Assembly (NCBI GenBank): GCA_951406725.2
Contig: OX597830.1
Span: forward strand, 26,784,001 to 26,848,000
Direction: 5' to 3'
From: Octopus vulgaris
Lineage: Eukaryota
DNA: 64,000 nucleotides
Part shown: one piece after another, positions 37,830 to 49,611 of the stretch
Layout of the letters: every line of letters begins with the position of its first letter
Numbering within the stretch: the first letter of the stretch is position 1
The notes under the pieces: generated by a model
Database searches by the model: none
Told to the model about the DNA's origin: nothing
What the model saw: the letters and a program-made list of their open reading frames with translations, nothing else
Position numbers and translations under genes: made by a program

Positions 37830-38510
37830 CATGTGCTCAAGTATGTTTGTGGGCTAGAGGCTGAAGTGTGAATATGGTTCTGCAACAGAGGAAGGTACAC
37901 TAGTGTGCCTGTGATCCAGAGGCTGAAGTATGAGCATGGCTCTGGGCCAGGAACTGGTGCACAGATTTGTGTGGGCCAGAGTCTGAAGTATGAACATAGC
38001 TCTGAGTCAGGGGCTGGTGTGCAAGTGTGCTTGTGTGCAAGAGGCTGAAATATTGGCATGGCTCTGGGCCTGGGGCTAGTGCTCATGTGTGCTTGGAAAC
38101 TAGAGGCTGAAGTACGAACATGGTTGTGCAACAGAGAAAGATACGCAAGTGTGCTTGTGATGCAGAAGATGCTGAAATATGAGCATGGCTCCGGCATGTT
38201 TATACTAGTACATGAGCACACTTGTGGGACTGAGGCTGGATTGTGAGTGTGCCAGTGAGCTTGGGGACTGGTGTACTCAGATTCTAATCTCTGACTCATG
38301 GGCAAACTTATACTCCAACTTGTGGCCCACAAGCATGAGCTTGAGGATGCCTTTCGACTAAAGAGTGACAATGAACATTGTCTGTGTGACAGTAGTTGGA
38401 GTGTGAGCATTCCTGTAAGACAAAGGCTTGTATATGTGTATGACTGTAGGCCAGAGACTTGTGTATGGCAAACCTGTGGGGGCCTGAAGCTGGAGCACAT
38501 GGCCATGGTA
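37830..38510. repeat. Degenerate minisatellite with a unit of about 62 bp
   Basis: GGCTGAAGTATGAGCATGGCTCTG-like motif near 37858, 37921, 37981, 38043, 38105 and 38171, and again near 38483. Confidence 0.75.
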
Positions 38511-40808
38511 CAGAAGGTGGATTCTGAGTACACCTTCAGTGAGCACAGCAACGTGTATAGAGGAATGATAAACATTACTGAACAATATTTAAATAACCCT
38601 AACAAGTCTCAGGGAGACAACTCGAAATTTTACAGAACAATGCAAAACAGGTTTTGAAATTACGTGATTCACAGCTCCCTTTTTATTATAAATATAAATT
38701 AGAAACGTAATAAGGGTAAAAAATAATCTGATTTTTGGTAGATAAGGAGACAACTTGAAATAAGTTTCAGCTTTATTGCTTTCCTTGGCAAAATATAATC
38801 ATTCATTTGCTTATCAGATTTATAAACATACAGAAATGTATGCATATATCAGGTATTTGATGTGCTGGGAGAATGCCTCAAATTTTATAAGTTCAGCTAT
38901 ATTAATTTAAAAATATAATCCAAAATTCACCTTACAGATAGTGTATCCTAGCAACAAACTATTACAACAGCAGCCAAACTATTTCTTGTTTGCTGAAAGA
39001 AACTTGACGTCTGCATTAAAACAGAATATTTAAAAGGCCAGTGATAACAAATGAGAAGCAGTTTATTTAGTTCTCAACTACAGTAAACTTATAAAAATAA
39101 CCACCACTTAAAACCTCTTAACTTTTTCTTCTTTAACTAGTTTCAAACATCGTTAAAAACATTAGCATTAACCCTCTCAGATCTGGGCTCCTGTGTCTGA
39201 CTTTATCCACCACTTGGTCTCCTGAGCAAGAAAATAAATAGCTGCATATAAATAGCTACAAGCAAAGTAGTCACCAAAGGGTATCAGGAAAATAACAGTA
39301 ATAGGTCTCTCAACTACCATAGGGGTTCATTGCAGACAAACTAATGCACAGAATCACAAATAGAAAAAATAGATAAGCCGACAAATAATGTGAGCTCATG
39401 GCTGTTTCCTGCACCAGTTTTGCATAGCCCCAGCCCATCGTAAGTACCTTGGATTGCTGTGCTTACCTTGGATCGTAGGGTGACCTGCTGTGCTTGAGGA
39501 GACCTATTGAGTCAAGTACATCAACATCAAAATAAATATCAAATGGAAATTGTAGTTGTGATACCTGTGCCGGTGGCACGTAAAAAGCACCAACCGATCA
39601 TGGCCGCTGCAGCCTCCCCTGGCACCTGTGCTGGTGGCACGTAAAAAGCACCCACTACACTCATGGAGTGGTTGGCGTTAGGAAGGGCATCTAGCTGTAG
39701 AAACACTGCTAGATCAGACTGGAGCCTGGTGCAGCCTCCTGGCTTCCCAAACCCCGGTCGAACTGTCCAACCCATGCTAGCACGGAAAACGGACGTTAGA
39801 CGATGATGATGAAGCCTATTTTCAGCAATTGTATTTGTTCTCTTGAATTGTTATTTCCCTCATCACTTTCACTTTCAACATTCTCATTGCCTGCATAAGT
39901 GCAAATATCAATAATTTCTTCAGCTGCAAAGAGTCCAGGCCTTGCTCATTTACAAGATGAAGTGCTGGGTTCATCAACCGCTCGTTTCATTGCAAAATTG
40001 TCTTCTTTTTTTTTTTAAATGAAAAACAAAAATAAACAGCAACTGTGGCGAACACCTTTAACAATGAGTCATAAACACACTTGACTAAAAAGCTGGAAAG
40101 TGACCAATTGTCAATTTTTAGTAATTTACCTTCTTTTTCTGTGTGAGTTGTTCATTATCTCTTTGCTGGGAACCCAGTAGAGGTTTCGTTTATGCTATTC
40201 TTGTATACCAGGATCATAGCATAATAGGGTTAAAGTTAGTTATCTCTGGTCTTTTCTGATCTATTTTATATGTGCACTCTCTGGTCTATATTTATCCTTC
40301 TGGGTTCCTACTTCACACTATCAGCATATAATGTTAAATATATTAACACTTAATTATCCCTTCATCTTCTCTGGTTTGCATTTATCATTCAGGGTACCTA
40401 CCCTCACATTAACTCTTAATAATATTCTGGGAAGTACCAAAGAAAGATAACTCTGGGCCAACTTAAAACTGCAACTTTAACTAAAAAGGAGTCTCCTCCT
40501 CCTCCTCCTCCTCCTCCTCTTCTTCTTCTTCTTCTTCTTCTTCTTCTTCTTCTCCTCCTCCTCCTCCTCCCCCTCCTCCTCCCCCTTCTCCTTCTTCTTC
40601 TTGCCAAGTGTCTTCCTCACACCTAGGGCAAAGAAACTCATTGTATACATTGGTAGGCCATTAAAATAAAGACACCAGATTGTTCGCTTACAAAGTCATG
40701 TGACAGAATAAAATATGGGGAAAAAAGACAAAGAAAAAATCAAAGACATTCCTGTTAAGACAATCTTTTGCACATCCTGCTTGATTATTATTATTATCAT
40801 CATCATCA

Positions 40809-40851
<43 letters not shown>

Positions 40852-40892
40852 CATTATTATTATTATTATTATTTTTGTTATCATTATTACAG

Positions 40893-41192
40893 ATATTCTG
40901 GGAGAGTCACAACCCAACCCAGGGAATGCGACAAGGAAATGACATTGGTACCACATATCGGTCAGCCATCTATTGCTATGGTGAGCAGCAGCTGAAGGAA
41001 GCACAAGAGACAAAAGAAAAGTATGAGGCAGCTCTAAAAGAAAAAGGCTTCCCAGCTATAACCACTGAAATACGTCCAGCAACACAGTTTTACTATGCCG
41101 AAGATTACCACCAGCAATACCTGCATAAAAACCCCTCAGGTTATTGTGGCCTGGGGGGTACAGGTGTCTCTTGTCCACGAGAAGAACTGTGA
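40893..41192 (+). CDS. MSRA: MSRA exon 6 (terminal): [27 protein letters not shown]...[34 protein letters not shown]
   Basis: TACAG acceptor. Contains the [18 protein letters not shown] and AEDYHQQYL motifs and both resolving cysteines ([13 protein letters not shown]). TGA stop at 41190-41192. Confidence 0.97.
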   Translation: MFWESHNPTQGMRQGNDIGTTYRSAIYCYGEQQLKEAQETKEKYEAALKEKGFPAITTEIRPATQFYYAEDYHQQYLHKNPSGYCGLGGTGVSCPREEL

Positions 41193-41555
41193 AGCCACTA
41201 GAGATAGCTGAGATGTTCTTTTATAGGTTGTAATCTGGAAGATATTGTGAGCTCATACTTTCACATATGCACACACATACATACATGCATACTAGTGTGA
41301 ACATGCTATCTTTAAGATAGCATGTTTTACATTGGTTTGACATCATTGTATCTGATATTCCTATGATGTATATACATAATTATACATATGGCATGCATAT
41401 GAAAAGAACACTGGCAAGAAATGCAACATGGCAACATGAAGGAAGCTCAAAGGTCAACCGTGGAAAACATAAAATAGACATATCCAATGAATTGCAATTA
41501 TGTTGAAAGAATGTGCATTTATAAAGCAATGAAAAATAACTAGCTAAATATTGCT

Positions 41556-41561
41556 AATAAA
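41556..41561 (+). promoter_or_regulatory. Candidate MSRA polyadenylation signal AATAAA
   Basis: Canonical hexamer about 365 nt after the stop codon, followed by T-rich sequence. Not verified. Confidence 0.35.
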
Positions 41562-41854
41562 TTTTATATATACACACATACATTTTGATTGATTTTCAAT
41601 ACAGTTAGTTTTGTTTACCAAACATAATATCATTGTAAATACTGTTATCCTATTTACATTTATGTGTAGTGGAAAATTAAGCCAATCTCATTCACATTAT
41701 TATCACTCTTTTGATGCAAACCATATGAAAGGAGTGCATTGTTTGTTTATATATAACATTCAGTTATATAATCAGATAATGTTACATACGAAATGAAAGT
41801 GAAGCAAAGCAAGCTGAAATATAGATATTTAATAGCAATATAATCTTAGTATAG

Positions 41855-42195
41855 TGAAGGTACATGGCTTAGTGGTTAGGGGATTCGACTCATAATCACA
41901 AGGTCATGAGTTCAATTCCTAGTGACATGTTGTGTCCTTGAGCTAGAAATTTTATTTCACGTTACTCTAGTCTGCTCAGCTGCCAAAAGTGAGTAGTACC
42001 TGTATTTCAAAGGACCAACTTTGTCATACTCTGTGTCATGCTGAATCTCCCTGAGAACTACGTTAAGGGTACATTAAGAACTACGTTAAGGGTCTGTGTA
42101 GTGCTCAGCTATATGCATGTTCCTTTCATGCGTAGGCTGTTCCATTGATCAGTTCAACTGGAACCCTTGTCATTGTAACTGACAGAGTGCCAGTT
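41855..42195 (+). mobile_element. SINE with a family D head and tail type 2
   Basis: Head as at 36913. Tail (GCTGAATCTCCCTGAGAACTACGTTAAGGG..GGAACCC) as in 47276 and 48964. Confidence 0.75.
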
Positions 42196-42391
42196 ATTAA
42201 ATTTAGTATTACTTATGGTGAAAAAATATTATAAGTATAGTTACCATTGTTAAAGCAATGAACATACTTATACAAGTATTCCCCAGCCCAACTTTGTTTC
42301 CTCATGATTTCCAGAAAAAAATGGATATTTTTTAACGAAATCATTTACAAGTATGCTTCAGATGGTGTGGATTCCGACTATATCAGAGTTT

Positions 42392-42871
42392 CATCATCAT
42401 CTTCATCATTTAGTGTCCGTTCTCCATGCTAGCATGGGTTGGACGGTTCAACTGGGGTCTGTGAAGCTGGAAGGCTTCATCAGGCCCAGTCAGATCTGGC
42501 AGTGTTTCTACGGCTGGATGCCCTTCCTAACGCCAACCACTCCGTGAGTGTAGTGGGTGCTTTTTATGTGCCACCCGCACAGGTGCCAGTCAGAGCTGGC
42601 AAACGGCCACGAACGGATGGTGCTTTTACGTGTCACCGGCACGGGGCCAGGCGAGGCTGACAACGGACACGAACGGATGGTGCTTTTACGTGCCACCAAC
42701 ACGGGGGCCAGACAGAGCTGGCAAACGGCCACGAAACGGATGGTGCTTTTACGTGTCACCGGCATGGGGGCCAGGCGAGGCTGGCAACGGACACGAACGG
42801 ATGGTGATTTTACATGCCACCGACACGGGGGCCAGACAGGGCTGGCAAACGGCCACGAACGGATGGTGCTT
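42392..42871 (-). mobile_element. SINE family E with an internal 60-62-bp tandem array x5
   Basis: CAT-repeat end at 42392. Unit GAACGGATGGTGCTTTTACGTG.. repeats over 42597-42871. Confidence 0.8.
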
Positions 42872-43503
42872 AATAAAAAAAAAATTCAGGTGTGGGGAGA
42901 TGAGTTTCAAAAAATTCACACGAGTTGGCTTTATTTCCTCATAACTTACCGAAAAATGAGTATTTTTAAATGAGCGTAAATTATGGCATGAAATGAAAAA
43001 TGATGAGCACGCACACATACGTAGGGATACAATTCTCTTTGAAAATTTAAGTTTGCTTTTGTATATATATATATGTGATGTGTGTCAGTATGTATATGTG
43101 CGAACCCACCAGTTTCTTTTCTATATGAAATTCCAGTATAATATATAAAATACATATATATATATTTATGTGTGTCTGTTTTATCCCCCAATATCGCTTG
43201 ACAACCGATGCTGGTGTGTTTGCATTCCTGTAACTTAGCAGTTTGGCAAAAGACACCATTTAAGGCGGTGCTCCAGTTGAAACAAATAAATAAATATATT
43301 CTTTTGTTTTAGTCGTTTGATTGTGGCCATGCTGGAGCACCGCCTTTTAATCGAAGAAATCGATCCCAGGACTTATTATTTCTAAGCCTGGTATTTATTC
43401 TATTGCTATTTTTGCCGAACCGCTAAGTTGCAGGGACGTCAACATACCAACATCAGTTGTCTAGCGATGGTGGAGGACAAACACACATAAATATAATATA
43501 ATA

Positions 43504-43548
<45 letters not shown>

Positions 43549-43551
<3 letters not shown>

Positions 43552-43960
43552 CGCAGGAGTGGCTGTGTGGTAAGTAGCTTGCTAACCAACCACATGGTTC
43601 CGGGTTCAGTCCCACTGCGTGGCATCTTGGGCAAGTGTCTTCTGCTATAGCCCCGGGCCGACCAATGCCTTGTGAGTGGATTTTGGTAGACGGAAACTGA
43701 AAGAAGCCTGTCGTATATATGTATATATATGTATGTGTATGTGTTTGTGTGTCTGTGTTTGTCCCCCTAGCATTGCTTGACAACCGATGCTGGTGTGTTT
43801 ACGTCCCCGTCACTTAGCGGTTCGGCAAAAGAGACCGATAGAATAAGTACTGGGCTTACAAAGAATAAGTCCCGGGGTCGAGTTGCTCGACTAAAGGCGG
43901 TGCTCCAGCATGGCCGCAGTCAAATGACTGAAACATGTAAAAGAGTAAAAGAGAGTAAGA
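43549..43960 (+). mobile_element. SINE family A, full length
   Basis: Near-consensus copy. Nearly identical copies at 45600-46000 (-) and 61116-61532 (+). Confidence 0.9.
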
Positions 43961-44003
<43 letters not shown>

Positions 44004-44210
44004 GTTAATCCAAACAAGAAAACACAAAAAAACAAAAAACACAACAACGCGAGGACGTGGAACAAATAAAGTATTATTGGACTCTCAGGAAAGAAGGGAA
44101 GAAGGAGGGTTTAACGTTTCGAGCAGAGCTCTTCGTCGGAAACATATGAGAAGGAAAGATCCCGAGAAGGGAAGACAGAGGAAAAAAAATCGCCAACGGT
44201 ACTCACGAGG

Positions 44211-44246
<36 letters not shown>

Positions 44247-44532
44247 AGTTTGATCGAGATAATCTTTTGTGGGCATTTGACGTCTATATTCATGTTGACT
44301 GTCCACTTTTCGTGTTCAGTCCTAATTGGTATATATATATATATATATATATGATAGATCGTTAGCCACTACACACATTTTTTTTTCTCTCCTTGTTTTT
44401 TCTGTGTCCCTTTCTGTGGAAGAGCGTAGGCTCGAAATGTAAAAGACTCTTCCTATTCCTGAGCGTTATACTAATACATCTGTTTGTTTTGTACATCACC
44501 TGTCTTCATCTTTTGTTTTTTTCGTAAACTCT

Positions 44533-44570
<38 letters not shown>

Positions 44571-44593
44571 GACGGGCTTCTGTCTACCAAATC

Positions 44594-44631
<38 letters not shown>

Positions 44632-45599
44632 ATGGATGTGATGAGTTTTCGTCAGGATGACTCGAACTAATATGTATGTGCTCTGAGTGCTCAAATAGGT
44701 GTGTCATCAAAATTCCAGTTTGGAAAGCAGTTGAAGTTGTGATTATGTGGTTGTCTTGTTCAAAACGGCTAAAAGTGGCTTCCCTTTGAGTCAGTAGGTA
44801 TAGATTAGAGTAGTGAGGAAAGGGAAAAAAATTAAGCAAGGCATGACAAGGACATTTAATTTAATTTAATTCAATCTAATTTAGCTACATAACGAATGGT
44901 AAAAAAAAAATAGTCTCTGACAGCTGTTTCTGGGATATCCCTGCTATTAGAGCATCGTATTTCAAAATTTTTCGAGGTGATAGCCCCAGCAAGGCCTCTG
45001 TTTAATGATTGCAACAAATAAAATGAAAATAAAAACGAAATATTTAAGAAGTTTTGACCAGGCTAGGCGCCAACAAATGTGAAAAAGAAAAAAAAACCCC
45101 GAAAAATATAAGCATGGGGCTTTTGTCCACTTTCACACTTTAAGTAGGGGCTTTTGTCCGTACCCTTGTTCAGCACCCCCAGCTATCAAGATAGCACCCC
45201 CAATTGCAATCGTCTGGCTACGTGGCTGTGTGAGAATGATAGGTAGATAAATAGATAAGGGCATTATATTAGATATATATACATTGGCGGGGGGGTGTAT
45301 CAAAGGGATTAAACCGACTGATGGATTAAGCCTATCCCCTAATGCATGTATAAAAACATGCAAGCCTACGGGTAAAATATCTTTGTTGACATTCAGCTTG
45401 CTAGAAGTAACAACCAAATCTCCCTCACATTACACTATTCTGTTACAAAAACAGGAGACACTAGATCAATGTGTTTGAAAAAAAATACATAGTCATATCC
45501 AGAAGGCTTTTGATCATAGGTCTGCTTTATCATTGTTAACCCAGGGTTAAACAGCAACTAAACCATAAATGCATATGTACACATAAACATACACATATA

Positions 45600-45807
45600 C
45601 TCTTACTCTTTTACTTGCTTCAGTCATTTGACTGCGGCCATGCTGGAGCACCGCCTTTAGTTGAGCACATCGACCCCGGGACTTATTCTTTGTAAGCCCA
45701 GTACTTATTCTATCGGTCTCTTTTTGCTGAACCGCTAAGTGACGGGGACGTAAACACACCAGCATCGGTTGTCAAGCAATGCTAGGGGGACAAACACAGA
45801 CACACAA

Positions 45808-45846
<39 letters not shown>

Positions 45847-46000
45847 ACGGGCTTCTTTCAGTTTCCGTCTACCAAATCCACTCACAAGGCTTTGGTCGGC
45901 CCGAGGCTATAGTAGAAGACACTTGCCCAAGATGCCACGCAGTGGGACTGAACCCTGAACCATGTGGTTGGTTAGCAAGCTACTTACCACACAGCCACTC
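45600..46000 (-). mobile_element. SINE family A
   Basis: Reverse complement of 43549-43960. Confidence 0.9.
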
Positions 46001-46183
46001 ACACAATTAATATACAAACGTATCACATTTTGCTATATGTACCATGTTAAACATGCTCCTACACACACACGCAAGCACATCTACACATAGATACATTTAT
46101 ACACACTAATATTATTTACGTATTTATACGCTCACATCCTGTTACGCCTAACATTCCGTCTTATGTATTTCGTGAATATTAGC

Positions 46184-47103
46184 GGTATTTCGTCTGCCGT
46201 TACATTCTGAGTTCAAATTCCGCCGAGGTCGACTTTGCCTTTTATCCTTTCGGGGTCGATAAATAAAGTACCAGTTTCGCACTGGGGTCGATGTAATCGA
46301 CTTAATCCCTTTGTCTGTATTTGTTTGTCCTCTTTGTGTTTAGCCCCATGTGGGTAATAAAGAAATAGGTATTTCGTCTGCCACTACGTTCTGAGTTCAA
46401 ATTCCGCCGTGGTCGACTTTGCCTTTCATCCTTTCGGGGTCGATAAATAAAGTACCAGTTTCGCACCGGGGTCGATGTAATCGACTTAATACCTATGTCT
46501 GTCCTTGTTTGTCCCCTCTATGTTTAGCCCCTTGTGGGTAATAAAGAAATAGGTATTTCGTCTGTCGTTACGTTCTGAGTTCAAATTCCGCCGAGGTCGA
46601 CTTTGCCTTTCATCCTTTCGGGGTCGATAAATTAAGAACCAGTTACGCACTGGGGTCGATGTAATCGACTTAATACCTATGTCTGTCTTTGTTTGTCCCC
46701 TCTATGTTTAGCCCCTTGTGGGTAATAAAGAAATAGGTATTTCGTCTGTCGTTACGTTCTGAGTTCAAATTCCGCCGAGGTCGACTTTGCCTTTCATCAT
46801 TTCGGGGTCGATAAATAAAGTACCAGTTACGCACCGGGGTCGATGTAATCGACTTAATACCTATGTCTGTCCTTGTTTGTCCCCTCTATGTTTAGCCCCT
46901 TGTGGGTAATAAAGAAATAGGTATTTCGTCTGTCGTTACGTTCTGAGTTCAAATTCCGCAGAGGTCGACTTTGCTTTTCATCCTTTCGGGGTCGATAAAT
47001 AAAGTACCAGTTTCGCACTGGGGTCGATGTAATTGACTTAATCTATTTGTCTGTATTTGTTTGTCCTCTTTGTGTTTAGCCCCTTGTGGGCAGTAAAGAA
47101 ATA
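46184..47103 (+). repeat. Tandem array of 5 x 184-bp SINE family B units
   Basis: GGTATTTCGTCTG starts at 46184, 46368, 46552, 46736 and 46920. Confidence 0.97.
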
Positions 47104-47275
47104 TATATATTCACACATACACACACGTTCATAAAAATTAATAATCAAACCCATATAGAGATTTTGCTGTTGCATTCCCCAGTCATAGGTACTATATACA
47201 CATGTGCACTGAAATGCATACATTTGTACATATTCAGACATACTCATATGCCTGAACGATGTATATGTAGGAATG

Positions 47276-47661
47276 GGAGGCGCAATGGCCCAGTGGTTAG
47301 GGCAGCGGACTCGCGGTCATAGGATCGCGGTTTCGATTCCCAGACCGGGCGTTGTGAGTGTTTATTGAGCGAAAACACCTAAAGCTCCACGAGGCTCCGG
47401 CAGGGGATGGTGGTGATCCCTGCTGTACTCTTTCACCACAACTTTCTCTCACTCTTACTTCCTGTTTCTGTTGTACCTGTATTTCAAAGGGCCGTCCTTG
47501 TCACACACTGTGTCACGCTGAATATCCCCGAGAACTACGTTAAGGGTACACGTGTCTGTGGAGTGCTCAGCCACTTACACGTTAATTTCACGAACAGGCT
47601 GTTCCGTTGATTCGGATCAACTGGAACCCTCGTCGTCGTAACCGACGGAGTGCTTCCATCC
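47276..47661 (+). mobile_element. SINE family C head with tail type 2
   Basis: TSD ATATGTAGGAAT on both sides. Near-identical copy at 48964. Confidence 0.9.
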
Positions 47662-48267
47662 ATATGTAGGAATAACTTCAAAAGTTTCTACGTATGCATC
47701 GTCCGAGCGTACCAGCAGATGGTTTTTACGCCATTTTACCGGCTATTCAATTTACCTCCGGTTCGTGATGTTCTTAAGCTACTGGAATGGTGAAAGCTCG
47801 TTGTCTGTCGCTCTTGAATGGGATTTTGGCTGAGTTGTCTCGCCTGTCCATGACTTGCAGGTGTTTTAACACCAGGCGCTTTGAGAGTATCATTTCCAAC
47901 GCGTCAAATTGCAGCCGACCTGTGAAGAAGCAAAGCACATTCTTTGTGTCTGTACGTTCGATAATGTTCATACATGCATACATACACACACACACACACG
48001 CGCACACACACACTCAGTCACTCACATATATAATATCTTTTATTTTTTACTTGTTTCAGTCATTAGACTGCGGCTATGCTGGAGCACCGTCTCAACAAAT
48101 TTTTAGTCAAATGAATCGATCCCACTACTTTCTCCAAAGCCTGGTACTTATTCTATCGATCTCTCTTACCAAACTGCTACATTACCAAGACGTAAACCCA
48201 CCATCACCGGTTGTCAAGCAGTGGTGGAATGGCAAACACACACATATCAAAAAAGAAATACAATTAC

Positions 48268-48453
48268 TCTTTTACTTGTTTCAGTCATTTGACTGTGGCC
48301 ATGCTGGAGCATCGTCTTTAGTCGATCGAGCAAATTTACCCCAGGACTTATTCTTTGTAACCCTAGTACTTATTCTATCAGTCTCTTTTGCCGAACCGCT
48401 AAGTTACGGAGACGTAAACACACCAGCATCGGTTGTCAAGCGATGTTGGGGGA

Positions 48454-48512
<59 letters not shown>

Positions 48513-48665
48513 CCGAGGAGCTTCTTTCAGCTTCCGTCCATTCACAATGCTTTAGTCGGCCCGAGGCTATAGTAGAAGACACTTGACCAAGGTGTCACGC
48601 AGTGGGACTGAACCCAGAACCATGTGGCTGGTAAGCAAGCTACTTACCACACAGCCACTCCTACA
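48268..48665 (-). mobile_element. SINE family A
   Basis: Reverse complement of the family A consensus, with internal (CA)n. Confidence 0.85.
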
Positions 48666-48963
48666 CAATCTAAAAATTTGTTTCCATTATATATAACATA
48701 AAATATACTATAAAAAATATATAATATAACATAACAAAGTTTGAAAAAACAAATGTAAAGCTAACAATATTTTTCGACTCATATACACTAGGGAATTTAT
48801 TAAAAATCACCATATACGTATACGAGCCTCTTCAGGGCCTTGGTTCAAAAAATAGACGAAATTCCTTGTAAGGGCTACCAAATTGCAAAAATACTGATTC
48901 AAAATATACCTGCGTTTAGAAGCGTGAGCGTTAACAATTCAAATACACTTTACATAGAATAAG

Positions 48964-49348
48964 TGGAGGCGCAATGGCCCAGTGGTTAGGGCAGCGGACT
49001 CGCGGTCATAGGATCGCGGTTTCGATTCCCAGACCGGGCGTTGTGAGTGTTTATTGAGCGAAAACACCTAAAAGCTCCACGAGGCTCCGGCAGGGGATGG
49101 TGGTGATCCCTGCTGTACTCTTTCACCACAACCTTCTCTCACTCTTACTTCCTGTTTCTGTTGTACCTGCATTTCAAGGGGCCGGCCTTGTAACTCTCTG
49201 TGTCATGCTGAATATCCCCGAGAACTACGTTAAGGGTACACGTGTCTGTGGAGTGCTCAGCCACTTACACGTTAATTTCACGAGCAGGCTGTTCCGTTGA
49301 TTCGGATCAACCGGAACCCTCGTCGTCGTAACCGACGGAGTGCTTCCA
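48964..49348 (+). mobile_element. SINE family C head with tail type 2
   Basis: TSD ACATAGAATAA. Confidence 0.9.
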
Positions 49349-49611
49349 CATAGAATAAAAAGAACAATAAAAATTCAAATGGATAAAATAATTACGTAAA
49401 GAAAATTTAAAACGGTCAGAAGATGTTCTTATGGATCTCCAATAATATTTATCGAAAAATATTTAATCGAAAATAATCACTGGCCGTTTTATAATATAAT
49501 ATCGATACTTATATAAGATGGAATATATTAAAACATTTATGGTGGAGTAGGAAATATATTTAATTTAAAATTACTATTGGCGTAGGAGTGGCTGTGAGGT
49601 AAGTAGCTTGC

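Noticed and set aside
37829-38657. 258-aa and 119-aa ORFs in intron 5
   Set aside because: They overlap a degenerate 62-bp minisatellite and have no recognisable domain or splice context.
39168-40233. Larger piggyBac-like element (TTAACCCT...AGGGTTAA)
   Set aside because: Only 4 bp of terminal match beyond TTAA, so the TIRs are not convincing.
32685-41600. Selenoprotein MsrA / SECIS element
   Set aside because: The catalytic residue is TGT (Cys), not TGA, and the 3' UTR hairpin lacks the SECIS AUGA/GA quartet.
44915-44940. Hammerhead half-site GAAACAGCTGTC on the minus strand
   Set aside because: No upstream CUGANGA or stem II partner was found, so it is at most a truncated relic.
46184-47103. 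CRISPR-like array or classic hammerhead retrozyme
   Set aside because: There are no unique spacers, the context is eukaryotic, and I found no CUGANGA..GAAA core on either strand of the unit.
47276-47350. Functional tRNA genes at SINE heads
   Set aside because: A and B boxes are present but the cloverleaf is incomplete, and each head continues into a SINE body bounded by TSDs.
47787-48572. 261-aa ORF
   Set aside because: Mostly antisense SINE A sequence and CA repeats.
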